DNA of 64,000 nt from a virus. Lineage: Duplodnaviria; Caudoviricetes. Below, in pieces: positions 1-9,555 of this stretch; the stretch's first letter is position 1; each line of letters opens with the position of its first letter. Position numbers and translations under genes: made by a program. The stretch covers positions 14,632 through 78,631 of IMG/VR virus record IMGVR_UViG_2663763243_000005. One strand, given 5' to 3'. A model generated the notes under the pieces. The model was not told where the DNA came from and did not search any database. It was given only the letters and a program-made list of their open reading frames with translations.

Positions 1-376
1 TTTCGCGCTCCGTTGCCATTGCCAGATCAACTGCGTCCTGAAGCGGTGCAATAGCCTCTGCGGCTAACGTTAATAAATTGGCTTTCTTGTATTCATCTGC
101 CTTTTGCTCCAGTTCTGCATGGGTTCTTGCCAGCACCCAGCCGGAGCCATCCCATTCATAATAATTGCCATCATCGGGACAGACTGATACAACACCATAA
201 TCCCCGGCTAAAGCTCGCTGGTAGATCTCAACACAATACGTCATAGAATCTACTGGCGCGGCGCTGAAATTAAAGGTTCCACCGGCGATATTGTCAGTGA
301 TCGTAACATCAATATAGCGCTCGATATTCCGTGAGCGGGGCGCGGTGGCAGTAATTTTATCTATATCATTAATCAT
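1..376 (-). CDS. Tail fibre assembly protein (3' end outside window)
   Basis: Not in ORF track. ATG at 376 overlaps the fibre stop (ATGA). Translation MINDIDKITAT...EWDGSGWV...IAPLQDAVDLAMATERE has the Tfa-type IAPLQDAVDL motif. Confidence 0.8.
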   Translation of the reverse strand, partial: MINDIDKITATAPRSRNIERYIDVTITDNIAGGTFNFSAAPVDSMTYCVEIYQRALAGDYGVVSVCPDDGNYYEWDGSGWVLARTHAELEQKADEYKKANLLTLAAEAIAPLQDAVDLAMATERE

Positions 377-1395
377 GAGATACGCATCCATAATGTGTTT
401 CGGGTAAGGCCATCATTAACCGCCGCAAAACCTTGGCAACGCCATGTCCCGGTTAATAGTGTTTGTCCGTTATTGTAGTTTGCAACGTTATTCCACTTTA
501 ATTCACTGCCCGCTTTCACATCCCCCGGATTAACGGCATTTCCGACATTGGTAGAATTGATGGCGAAAGCATAAGAGCCAATACCGTAAGTATCCGGCAC
601 TCTGGCTTGCGCTATTACATTGGCAATATAAGTGCTTAAATAGCCGCCCCATACTGAACCGTAGACATTCCCATCCGCAGCTAACCATGCCGCCGTATTG
701 CCTGCATAAACCGCCCCAATAGATGAAATGCCACCTCCTGTTACAGTGCCTGCCGTAGTCAGACTGCCGGGTAATGTGATGGCGGCATTTGTGGATTGAA
801 CTGCATTAACAATACGTGTGTCATTGCCCGCAGCCACGGTGTTAGCGATAGACCCCACATCCAGCACTGCCGCACCTTTAAGCCCTAAATTGGTTCGTGC
901 AGTGGTCTTGTTTGCCACATCATTCAAGTTTTGGTTTTTCAGTAATGCATTGGTAGCAATTGCCGCGGTATCCGTTAAGCCAAGGTTAGCAATGGCGGCA
1001 GCTATTGCCTCCGGCCCCGCCGCCGCGATTTCAGCAAGGTTACTGGCTGTCTGCAAATAAGTGTTTGGCTCTTCTTTACGCCATACACCGATATCTAATG
1101 TGCCTGTGGGTTCTACGCCGGTGTTTTCTGACAATGCAATATAACTATTGCCACCGTGACTCACTCTCGCCCCTGCTTGGTAAGGCGCATCGGCAAACCA
1201 AATTAGCTGCCCAAGGTTTTGCAATTCCTGCAAGGCCAAATCGACCCGATTATGCCACCAGTTTTCCCACTTGGCTTCGGGCGGATCTTCTGATGCACCC
1301 CCCGCCCAACCACGCGCAATCAGACCATCGCCGGGGCGTTCAAATTGCGCAGGTACACTGGCCCACGGCTGATTAAAGCTGTCATTTCTTGCCAT
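373..1395 (-). CDS. Tail fibre protein
   Basis: Start likely MARNDS at 1395; fibre repeat QNLNDVANKTTARTNLGL; C-terminal GTWRCQG...WMRIS; follows baseplate genes. Confidence 0.85.
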   Translation of the reverse strand: MARNDSFNQPWASVPAQFERPGDGLIARGWAGGASEDPPEAKWENWWHNRVDLALQELQNLGQLIWFADAPYQAGARVSHGGNSYIALSENTGVEPTGTLDIGVWRKEEPNTYLQTASNLAEIAAAGPEAIAAAIANLGLTDTAAIATNALLKNQNLNDVANKTTARTNLGLKGAAVLDVGSIANTVAAGNDTRIVNAVQSTNAAITLPGSLTTAGTVTGGGISSIGAVYAGNTAAWLAADGNVYGSVWGGYLSTYIANVIAQARVPDTYGIGSYAFAINSTNVGNAVNPGDVKAGSELKWNNVANYNNGQTLLTGTWRCQGFAAVNDGLTRNTLWMRIS

Positions 1396-1408
1396 ATATT
1401 GGCTCCAA

Positions 1409-2053
1409 TTAGATATAAGCGCCCATGCCGTATGGCTGAGCGTCGAAGGTGCCTTTATAGGCAAAGGGATGATGGTTAACGCGGATCAGGCTGGTTTTGA
1501 CGCCTTGCGGTCGGGGGATTAAATCAAAAAGCTGAATAAGCACTAAGACATTAGCGGGGATCGGTTTATCGACCCAGATAGTTTTCATGGTCATATCCTG
1601 CCCATCGATGATGGCGGAATTAACATCCAGAATATAATCAACGGCGGTTTTGATTTCATCCAAGGTGGCGTTGGTGTTATTTTTCTGGATCTTGGCTTTG
1701 ATTAATACGCGATAGAGATAATCCGACACCGGAACTTTGCCGATTTGTTCATGCGGCGCTTTATACGGCGCAACATTATAGGGCTGTGCACCGCCAGTAC
1801 CGTTATAAGCAAATATCGATAAGTAATCGCTGCGGATGAGTGGCCGCTCAGTAAATCCGGCAATGCGGCCACAGATATCCAGTTGATCGCCCTCGGCATT
1901 ATCAATATCCAACAGGTTATTAATTTTAGTGATCTGCTCTTCCAGTGAAGATTGGCTGATATCCGGTAAAATACTGATCCATTCAAGCAGTTTCGGCGCA
2001 TTTTTATATTGCAGGTAAATCCGTGACAGCGCTTTTTTACGGTGGTTATACAT
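1409..2053 (-). CDS. Baseplate protein (DUF2612-like)
   Basis: AEGDQLDICGRIAG motif; lies after baseplate J. Confidence 0.8.
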   Translation of the reverse strand: MYNHRKKALSRIYLQYKNAPKLLEWISILPDISQSSLEEQITKINNLLDIDNAEGDQLDICGRIAGFTERPLIRSDYLSIFAYNGTGGAQPYNVAPYKAPHEQIGKVPVSDYLYRVLIKAKIQKNNTNATLDEIKTAVDYILDVNSAIIDGQDMTMKTIWVDKPIPANVLVLIQLFDLIPRPQGVKTSLIRVNHHPFAYKGTFDAQPYGMGAYI

Positions 2054-3245
2054 AAACCACCTCGATATTCTCAGTACTGAACACCCCGAGCTGATTAAAG
2101 GCTATTCTCACTGCACTCTCATTGGCCTGCTCGACAGCAGTGCCAACGGTAATCGCATTCACAAAGCCATTACCGGCCACCAAATAATTGACTGGGGTAA
2201 ATAAACGGCCCGCGCCAATACTTTCACCAATTTTAAAGCCCAACTTAGAAAAGCCATTGGTCTGATCAAAACCGGTAATGCTGTAATCGACAATCGCCTG
2301 TTTAATCTCTTCGTCAATGAATTCGCTATTACTGGCGATCTCTACCCGTACATAAACCGGTATTAGTTGGGGGCGAAAAAAGGTTACGGTGATCGGGTTA
2401 CCTTTTGGGGTAACAGTATCCAACGAGATTTTATTGGGGAAAGTGTTATAACGGTTTAACCCACAACCGGGGTTTTTATTGATGGCAATGCTGTTAATAA
2501 CATCCTCGATGCTGCCACCATCAACAAATATCGCCATTGAGTGACCGAGCACCCCATTTTCGTCGGCTTGATCCTCAAAATTTTCATAAATACGCGCCCG
2601 TTTAACATCATCAATATTGACCAGCACCGCATAAATATTATCAATCTGATTGGAGCCAGGTAACGCTACTGATTCATTGCGCCGGATGCGAAATGCGTTA
2701 TTAGTTTCTTTATCCAATCCCATTGACGCTGCAGTGTTATTTGTCACCGCCGTAATGCCGCCGATCGGTGTGGCAATAATGGTAAGATTATGACTATTGG
2801 CCTCCTGCGCACCTGCCAGCGTACAAGTGACATTCACCGTCGCATTCCCTACCGCGTCAGTTACAACATCACCATCGGTCGCCCATAAGGTATTAGTCGC
2901 CCTATTTCTGATTAATGTCCCGGCATTAATTGGAGTAAAAGCGATACCGTGAAAATTAACGGTGGCGGTTGAATAGGTCGCACTTTTGCGTTTGATTCCA
3001 GCGAACGCAGCAATGCGGTCTAATTGTTGGTCAATCGCTGAGTTGGGATCAGCGGCGTGATAAGCATTAATTACCGCTTCATCCAGATTGGCTAATGCCT
3101 CACACCAGACCGCTATTGCCAGACCATCTGGTGATTCAGGATTAATATTCCAGCCGTCATCAATAGCAAGATAGCGCTGGCGCATAGTATCCAGATATTC
3201 ACTCAGCGTGGTGCCGCTGGCCCCGTCACGATTTATGGTTGCCAT
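2046..3245 (-). CDS. Baseplate J/gp47-like protein
   Basis: QLDRIAAFAGIKRK and ETNNAFRIRR motifs; 399 aa; synteny. Confidence 0.9.
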   Translation of the reverse strand: MATINRDGASGTTLSEYLDTMRQRYLAIDDGWNINPESPDGLAIAVWCEALANLDEAVINAYHAADPNSAIDQQLDRIAAFAGIKRKSATYSTATVNFHGIAFTPINAGTLIRNRATNTLWATDGDVVTDAVGNATVNVTCTLAGAQEANSHNLTIIATPIGGITAVTNNTAASMGLDKETNNAFRIRRNESVALPGSNQIDNIYAVLVNIDDVKRARIYENFEDQADENGVLGHSMAIFVDGGSIEDVINSIAINKNPGCGLNRYNTFPNKISLDTVTPKGNPITVTFFRPQLIPVYVRVEIASNSEFIDEEIKQAIVDYSITGFDQTNGFSKLGFKIGESIGAGRLFTPVNYLVAGNGFVNAITVGTAVEQANESAVRIAFNQLGVFSTENIEVVYV

Positions 3246-3595
3246 TAGATAAGATCCTCAGTGAACAGGAAATCAAATGCGTCGTTATTAATATCAATCA
3301 CCGCGGCAAATATCGTTATTTTGCGATTTTTCATATCGAGATCCATTTCAAAGCGGTTAATAGTCAGCACGCCTTTGGCCGCCAATAAGCGCTGTTTAAT
3401 ATTGGCTTCGGCAATGTCGCGTGAAGTTTTGCCCAATATGCTTTGAAACCACGGCGTTCCCTCGGTGGCATCAAGAAAATACTCGCCAAGAAATAACCGC
3501 AGGCAGCAGATCATGGCTTGCCGGGTTTCTTCTTTGCCGCTAGCAAACTGGCTACCGTGGGTAACAATGTCACCATCTTGGAAATTGCGGATCAC
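3245..3595 (-). CDS. Baseplate wedge / sheath initiator (gp25-like)
   Basis: GTG start after GGAGG; LRLFLGEYFLD..GTPW motif. Confidence 0.75.
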   Translation of the reverse strand: MIRNFQDGDIVTHGSQFASGKEETRQAMICCLRLFLGEYFLDATEGTPWFQSILGKTSRDIAEANIKQRLLAAKGVLTINRFEMDLDMKNRKITIFAAVIDINNDAFDFLFTEDLI

Positions 3596-3667
3596 AGTGC
3601 CTCCGGAAACAAAAAGCCCCGGCATAAGCCAGGGCGATAATAGGTAGGATTCAATCAGGGTAATGAG

Positions 3668-4348
3668 CTATTGCGGCCCATCAGTGCGATCATTGCCGCG
3701 TTGCACGCCGCCGTGGTCGTGGTCGCCAACTTCCAGCTCGCCAATCGCCAAGCCACCTTGAGTGACCTCAGTACGGCCATTAAGGGTGGTTTGCCCATTA
3801 TTGGTAAACTCTGGGCCGCTATAGCTCATGCCAGATTCGGTAAGCGCCAATGTGGTACCGCCAGCCGTCAAAGTCATTCCACTATCAGTAAGGTGAATGC
3901 GCACCCCGCCACTTTTGTTACTTAAACCAATCCCCTCGGTCGGCAAGCCCGCAATCGCGGTTTGTTGTGAGCGGTAACCAGGGGCAAAGAAAGCATCGGA
4001 CGGATTAAACATCCGTGCATCCAGTGGTGCTACCGGCCCGCCCTGACTGAGCCAATTATCGATAGAACGCTGGCTGAAATGAATATAGCCCTCGGTACCC
4101 GCTGGCAGCTCATGAAAAACCGTCCATTCGGCACTGCCAGAAAATTGCACCGGCACATGTTCGATAACGGGCAGTGTCTTAAATTGACCGTCACCGATAT
4201 GACGCTGAATGCCACACTCCACCACTGCGCGTTGTAGATCGGCGTTATAGCTAATGACCTTGCCGGGCATGCCGATCATCAAGTCACGCACCGTATCGCG
4301 CTTGAGCAGCATCATGGTGGTATACAGCGGGTTGCTCTCAATCATCAT
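3668..4348 (-). CDS. Baseplate central spike (Gp138-like)
   Basis: OB-type N-terminus, beta-repeat region, C-terminal HDHGGVQRG metal-binding apex. Confidence 0.85.
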   Translation of the reverse strand: MMIESNPLYTTMMLLKRDTVRDLMIGMPGKVISYNADLQRAVVECGIQRHIGDGQFKTLPVIEHVPVQFSGSAEWTVFHELPAGTEGYIHFSQRSIDNWLSQGGPVAPLDARMFNPSDAFFAPGYRSQQTAIAGLPTEGIGLSNKSGGVRIHLTDSGMTLTAGGTTLALTESGMSYSGPEFTNNGQTTLNGRTEVTQGGLAIGELEVGDHDHGGVQRGNDRTDGPQ

Positions 4349-4352
4349 TACC

Positions 4353-5246
4353 TCAGGGCATGCGCCATTGACTGATCAGCGTAGTTTTCCACGTGTCACC
4401 CCATAGAGTGCCTTCGTGGTATGTACGCAACACATTAAACTGGCCGGTCTGCTGCTGAATATTCGCCAGATTATTAAGGTCGGTGTTATACATGCCGCTG
4501 AAATTGATCGTCCAAAAGCTCGACGTAACATTAATTACATCAGCCGGCTGAATTTGATGATTCATTTTAACGTCAATTTCCATTGTGCTTAGATACCAGC
4601 GAGGCACCCCCTCCATGCCGTTCTGAGCGGTTATATCGTGGGTTACCCCTTTTCTTGCTGCTCCTTCTCTACCCAATAAAACGCGTGTTGGCGTTAGCAT
4701 CCAGTAATATTTCCAGTCCTCCCGTAAGGCATTCAAAATATCGCGGCACAGTCGACCACCTGCATTATAGGAAAAGGCAAAACGGGGAAGGTCTGAGAAA
4801 TCACCAATCACTTCAACATCAAGACCAAATTCACCTGCGACATCTTTCAGCATTTTTATGGCGGGAGTATTGGCTCCCCATACTTTAAAACTGGCAGTAT
4901 TCCATGCCAGCCCAATCGTGCGGCAATATAACCGCAGGCAGGTATTTACCCCCTCTTTGACCACTTCGACATTGTGAATCCGTCCGCTGAATATCGTGCC
5001 GATGTTGTCGCCATAACCAGCTTTTAATACCAGGTTGCCATAACGTTTTTCTTTATCGTCATAGCGCTGAATCAAGGCGCGGGTGCGCGCTGAAATACCG
5101 TAAAGAGTGATTCTGGCAGTAGCATCGACATTCTGCGGGGTATTATCGACGGCAAAGCGGATCTCTAATGGCGGCTGATAGGTAAGTTCATCGCCACTCA
5201 CTGGGGTAATAGTCAGTAAGTAATTGCGGCCAAAATAACTACTCAT
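4353..5246 (-). CDS. Baseplate hub protein
   Basis: LKAGYGDNIGTIFSGRI motif; lies before the spike. Confidence 0.75.
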   Translation of the reverse strand: MSSYFGRNYLLTITPVSGDELTYQPPLEIRFAVDNTPQNVDATARITLYGISARTRALIQRYDDKEKRYGNLVLKAGYGDNIGTIFSGRIHNVEVVKEGVNTCLRLYCRTIGLAWNTASFKVWGANTPAIKMLKDVAGEFGLDVEVIGDFSDLPRFAFSYNAGGRLCRDILNALREDWKYYWMLTPTRVLLGREGAARKGVTHDITAQNGMEGVPRWYLSTMEIDVKMNHQIQPADVINVTSSFWTINFSGMYNTDLNNLANIQQQTGQFNVLRTYHEGTLWGDTWKTTLISQWRMP

Positions 5247-5529
5247 TATCGGGATACCATGTCAGGCGATTATTAATACCAAGATTGGCGATAGTCGGGG
5301 TCTCCCCGGCTAATATCAGCGGGCCAATATCGGTATTAAGTCCCGCCAATAAATTAACGCCAATATGCAAAGCACGTCCCAAAACTACCGGTTCGCCCTG
5401 CTCATAAATATCGACGCAGAAATAATTAAAACGGGTGAGCCAGTGCAGACGAAAAACCAAATAGTGATTATTTAATTGCACTCGGAAACGCTGCACCGCG
5501 TAACCATTGTTTAATGGGATAATCTTCAT
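5239..5529 (-). CDS. Small baseplate protein
   Basis: 96 aa, coupled to neighbours; MKIIPL N-terminus typical of this module. Confidence 0.65.
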   Translation of the reverse strand: MKIIPLNNGYAVQRFRVQLNNHYLVFRLHWLTRFNYFCVDIYEQGEPVVLGRALHIGVNLLAGLNTDIGPLILAGETPTIANLGINNRLTWYPDNE

Positions 5530-6197
5530 TACGTGGCCTCAACAAAAACTTCACCAAATGAGTATTCACGTTGCCCCTGAGTGGCAGCACTATCGCCATA
5601 AGGTAAGTTGTCATTGGTTTCAGCGACCGTGTCGTAAATAATATTGAGCTGCAACAGTTCAACCACAATCTCTAACCCGCCCTCATTCTCTTTTTTCAAT
5701 TGGGTGCGGGTATTGGTGATCAGGCAATTTTTATAGGCTGCTCCCCGGCTGGCCACTAATTCAAACGGCGTATGTGAGCGCTGCAACTCACGCAATTGCT
5801 CGAGTAAATTTTGCGAACGGGTTGAGCGCGATTGTGATCCCAAGCCGCCGGAATACAAACTGGTGCCAACCGAAGCAGCCACTCCTGCCAGCGCCGCCGC
5901 TCGGCCAGAAAGCAAACTGGCCGCCATACCAGTAGTGATACTGGCTCCGGCCCCCAGTAGTCCGGCAATGCTGTTATCTTGCTGGGCCAGCAGTTCACGA
6001 AACCAGTTATCGGACACACCGATAATCATGGTTAGCGCCAGCGCACGCGTCACGGCGTTATCATGAGCGGTATTGGCATCCTCCAGTGGAAACTCACTGA
6101 CATCAGTGCGCAGCTCGCTCGACTCTTCCAGTAATGCATCAAAATAGAGATTGCCGATTTTCGGTCGATTACGAGTAAATAATCCGGTAATAGCCAT
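5529..6197 (-). CDS. Baseplate/tail tube initiator-like protein
   Basis: FDALLEES..VSEFPLE motif; directly after the tape measure. Confidence 0.65.
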   Translation of the reverse strand: MAITGLFTRNRPKIGNLYFDALLEESSELRTDVSEFPLEDANTAHDNAVTRALALTMIIGVSDNWFRELLAQQDNSIAGLLGAGASITTGMAASLLSGRAAALAGVAASVGTSLYSGGLGSQSRSTRSQNLLEQLRELQRSHTPFELVASRGAAYKNCLITNTRTQLKKENEGGLEIVVELLQLNIIYDTVAETNDNLPYGDSAATQGQREYSFGEVFVEAT

Positions 6198-7861
6198 CAG
6201 TAGTGCTCCGTATGCATCATGTCGCGCGCTTGCTGGGCCAGTTGAGTGGTGGCCTGTAGCACCCCGTCACGGATGGATTCACTATCACCGCCCACGGTAC
6301 CCACATGGATAATGTTGTGTTGTTCCAGTCTGACATCACCACGGGCAGCGGATGCGGTGACTGCTTGCATAGGGGTTGTTTGGCGGTCGCTGTAGCCCTG
6401 AATCTCTTCCCATGAACGTTTTGGCTGAGCGTAATTTGATGATGGCAGCGAGGCCCATACACCACCCAATCCACTAGTGGCATCCGCAAAATTACCGTTC
6501 GTCACATTTTCTAGCTGACCGGCACGTTGAATCAGAAACAGCGCGGCGAGATCCTGACTGCGTGGTGAAAAGTCGGTCAGATTAAGCGCTTTGGCGGCAT
6601 CATCCCAAGAGCTGCTGGTGAACTGATAGCGCCCAGCAGCCGAGGTTTTATTTTTAGTGCCGTCTGTTTGGGTGAAATCTTTTAATTGCCGTGGGTGGTC
6701 ACTGTTGTCATAGAATTGGTCGCCACCAAACATCGTGTTATAGCCAGAATTGGCATAACTGGCAGTTCCCTCGGCATTGGATAGCACATCCAGATACTGC
6801 CGAACGTTGGGATCATCAACCAGATTATTAAGGTCACTGCTATCACTGGGGTAAGGCACGCCGGGGTTATTTTTAGCCCAGTTCTGGCGTTTGAGTGCTT
6901 CGGGATTACTCATGGCTTTGGCATCGTCGGCGCTTGTAAAAATATTACCGGGCGTTAATGCCGCCGCTGCGCCGATGGTAACCGGATTGACCAGCAAGCG
7001 TGACAACCAGCCACGCCCACCAGCAGCACCTGCGGGTGGCTTACCACCGCCAGGTAGCATGCCGCCGACAAACTTTACTGCACCAGCGGTACCGGCCAGC
7101 CCGGCAGCAGTCAGAATCGCTTTTGACACTTCGGGATTTTCTTTAATAAACTGATTAATACTTTCTAATAACGCATTGATGATTGGCAGTAAGTCGCCAC
7201 CCATTGAACGGGCCAGATTGTCAAAGTTAGTCGCCAGATCCGCCATCTCTTTATTAAACTCGTTGGCTGAGTCAATAAGCTTGGGATCGAGCGGTTTATA
7301 TAACTCTTCAAAATTTTTCAGTGAGGCATTAAGCCCCTTGCTGCCGCCTTCCAATAAGCGGGTAAAAGGATCATTATCACCGCTGCCAATTCCACTGCGC
7401 AAATTTCGCCGCTGGTCATTATCCATTTTGCCGTAAGCATCTATAAGATACTTGAGCGAGTCCATGCCGGTTTTATTGGCAAATTCAGTCGGGTTAAACG
7501 CACCATTCCAATAGGCTTTATCGCCTAACTCCCCTTGTCTGGCACGCTGTTGCAGGTCAGGGATTTTCTGCACAATCTGATTCGCCGCATCCGGACTAAG
7601 ACCAAGACTGCGCATCGCATAACGTAGGCCGTCAATCTGCTTGACGGTAAAGTTGGTAATCCTACTCAGCCTGTCCATTTCTAATACTGAGGCAGATAAA
7701 TCAGCAGTCAGGGCTTTTAAGCCAACACCGGTACCGGCGGCAGCGGCCAGTTGCAATATTCCGTCTTTAATTCCTTTAACGGCATCATTGGCGGTTTGAA
7801 AGCTCTTTGCATCTGTTTCCAGGCCAAGGGAAACCAATAGAGAATCAATTGTCTCTGACAT
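6197..7861 (-). CDS. Tape measure protein with C-terminal lambda-R-like (GH104) muramidase domain
   Basis: N-terminal TIDSLLVSLG helical region; C-terminal AEGT...YNTMFGG...SAAGRYQF...DFSPRSQD...WASLP. Confidence 0.85.
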   Translation of the reverse strand: MSETIDSLLVSLGLETDAKSFQTANDAVKGIKDGILQLAAAAGTGVGLKALTADLSASVLEMDRLSRITNFTVKQIDGLRYAMRSLGLSPDAANQIVQKIPDLQQRARQGELGDKAYWNGAFNPTEFANKTGMDSLKYLIDAYGKMDNDQRRNLRSGIGSGDNDPFTRLLEGGSKGLNASLKNFEELYKPLDPKLIDSANEFNKEMADLATNFDNLARSMGGDLLPIINALLESINQFIKENPEVSKAILTAAGLAGTAGAVKFVGGMLPGGGKPPAGAAGGRGWLSRLLVNPVTIGAAAALTPGNIFTSADDAKAMSNPEALKRQNWAKNNPGVPYPSDSSDLNNLVDDPNVRQYLDVLSNAEGTASYANSGYNTMFGGDQFYDNSDHPRQLKDFTQTDGTKNKTSAAGRYQFTSSSWDDAAKALNLTDFSPRSQDLAALFLIQRAGQLENVTNGNFADATSGLGGVWASLPSSNYAQPKRSWEEIQGYSDRQTTPMQAVTASAARGDVRLEQHNIIHVGTVGGDSESIRDGVLQATTQLAQQARDMMHTEHY

Positions 7862-7880
7862 GGAAACCTCATATTTTAGG

Positions 7881-7910
7881 TATAAAAAAACCCACGCAGT
7901 GGCGGGTTTG
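7881..7910 (-). terminator. Intrinsic terminator downstream of the TA moron
   Basis: AAACCCGCCACTGCGTGGGTTTTTTT on - strand; a second hairpin lies at ~7938-7958. Confidence 0.6.
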
Positions 7911-7959
7911 ATGTTAATTCAGGGAAGTAGAAAAGCAAAAACCCGCCGGAGCGGGTTTA

Positions 7960-8403
7960 CTAGATCTCTTGCGAAAATTTCCTTGCATACTCTGCAAGTA
8001 TTCTCATCCTATCGTAATTTTTTGCCTTATCATGCGCAGGCGGCGTAAAGACAGCAATTAGCGAGTAACTATTTTCATCAATTAACCCTTTGGCATATAC
8101 CAAGGCTGTGTCTGATGTTCTGTACCACTGTAAGACTTGCTGGTCATTAAGATTGGCTGATTTTGGTGGAGCCTTGAATTTATCATCGCCCAACTCCAAG
8201 TGAATATGCCCAAGGCCTGAGTCTTGAATATCATCAGGCCTATCATAAACAGTATCACGGCCAAAATAGTCTGGTAACTTACCAGTAGATTTGTAAATTA
8301 TGAAATCATCTAAAAGAGATTGTTTCAGTGATGGAAAATCCACAAACACCGATGAAAGATAATACTCAAAGCTGTGAGGGTTATAATCAGCGGTTATGTG
8401 CAA
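7960..8403 (-). CDS. yafO: YafO-family type II toxin (mRNA interferase)
   Basis: FGRD..Y..P...L.HIHL...QW.RTSD..LVY..G...Y.LIAVF.P.AH motif series of YafO. Confidence 0.8.
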   Translation of the reverse strand: MHITADYNPHSFEYYLSSVFVDFPSLKQSLLDDFIIYKSTGKLPDYFGRDTVYDRPDDIQDSGLGHIHLELGDDKFKAPPKSANLNDQQVLQWYRTSDTALVYAKGLIDENSYSLIAVFTPPAHDKAKNYDRMRILAEYARKFSQEI

Positions 8404-8411
8404 TTTTTGCC

Positions 8412-8984
8412 TCAGTGGAATCGACCGGACACAAATACTTCAGTACCGTGCTTTGCAAGCGCACGCAGAGCATCCTTATCGATACTACTGATAAATACTT
8501 CAACCGGCTTAGTCATCTGGTTTATCAAATGATTTAGCTTAGCTGCTGACGCCCTCGCCTGCGCTATAACCAGCAGGGGTTCCTTAACGAATTGGCGTTT
8601 ATCTTCAGCGCATCCATTATAGACATTTTTGATAGCCCCTTCTAACCCACGTAACTGAAGCTCAATAAGATCAGTTTGTACCGGGTCAAGCTGTTTAATG
8701 CAAAAATCACGTTCAGATTCAGCAGAGTTCAGTAACAGAGCATAAGCCTTATTCAGGGTCTTCGTAAGACCTTTGATGAAGCCCAAGGCTTCACTCATCA
8801 TCAGATCTCTAGCCTGGCGATTATCTTCGGCGCTCAAATTATGACCATATGGAACATCATAAAGTCGCCCGACTTCAGGACAATACATCGCTGACGCCTG
8901 GTGCATTAGCAAGCCAACTGCGGCGGTGGTCTTGAAGGTATCAAAAAATGGCATTTTTCTTCTTAGTGCGTTTTCATTATGCAT
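8412..8984 (-). CDS. Putative antitoxin, helical, not YafN/Phd-like
   Basis: Ends 8 nt upstream of the YafO-like gene; GAGGAGG RBS; no family recognised. Confidence 0.55.
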   Translation of the reverse strand: MHNENALRRKMPFFDTFKTTAAVGLLMHQASAMYCPEVGRLYDVPYGHNLSAEDNRQARDLMMSEALGFIKGLTKTLNKAYALLLNSAESERDFCIKQLDPVQTDLIELQLRGLEGAIKNVYNGCAEDKRQFVKEPLLVIAQARASAAKLNHLINQMTKPVEVFISSIDKDALRALAKHGTEVFVSGRFH

Positions 8985-9075
8985 AGCGTCCTCCTCACAT
9001 TACAGGAGTACCTCTGACAAAAAACCAAAACAACGATGGTTTGGATAATTTATATAACTACGGTTGTTGACAATG

Positions 9076-9104
9076 AGTGTATAGCTCAAGCTATATCTAA
9101 TCAA
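9076..9104 (-). promoter_or_regulatory. Sigma70 promoter of the TA moron with operator-like palindrome
   Basis: TTGATT-17nt-TACACT on - strand; inverted repeat TATAGCT-CA-AGCTATA at 9080-9095. Confidence 0.55.
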
Positions 9105-9345
9105 CTTTATGTTGCTTTCTTATGCCGTTTATAGCTCGACATCAAACCGTGAAAAGGTGCCAAAATGAGTGGGTAGGTATACACATTCGCTTTTATGGCC
9201 TCTCACAAACGCCTTATAGCTCGTTTAAATGGCTATCAATTTTATGTTTTATTTTATGCTGTTTTTTGGTCACGCTAAGGCCTCTGTTAGCTTTTACGCA
9301 ATCTACGACATAACTATCGGCGCACAGATGAGCCAGAAAGAAAAA

Positions 9346-9555
9346 CTAACTACCACCCACCCCCCTTTCCACCACCGCCGCAATTTCATCCAGCACTTCA
9401 TGCATCAGTTGCACATCATCAATGGTGTAAGTGCCATCCAGCATATCAGACCACCTTGCCAGTGGCGGGCAGTGTTGCCCGGCACCGGCGCAAGGTCGCC
9501 ATAAAAACCAGTCTACGCGGGAGGGTGCTGCGGATTGTTTTCCGCGCTTTTTCCC
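9346..9555 (-). CDS. Tail assembly chaperone C-terminal extension (-1 frameshift product)
   Basis: Open -1 frame GKKRGKQSAAPSRVDWFLWRP...DGTYTIDDVQLMHEVLD entered from slippery G GGA AAA at 9555-9549. Confidence 0.75.
   Translation of the reverse strand, partial: GKKRGKQSAAPSRVDWFLWRPCAGAGQHCPPLARWSDMLDGTYTIDDVQLMHEVLDEIAAVVERGVGGS

Noticed and set aside
373-1395. Tail-fibre diversification by an invertase or DGR
   Set aside because: No invertase, reverse transcriptase or template/variable repeat is visible in the window; the prophage ends lie outside it
9122-9504. Short + strand ORFs upstream of the TA moron
   Set aside because: They overlap the regulatory region and the frameshift ORF; no coding evidence
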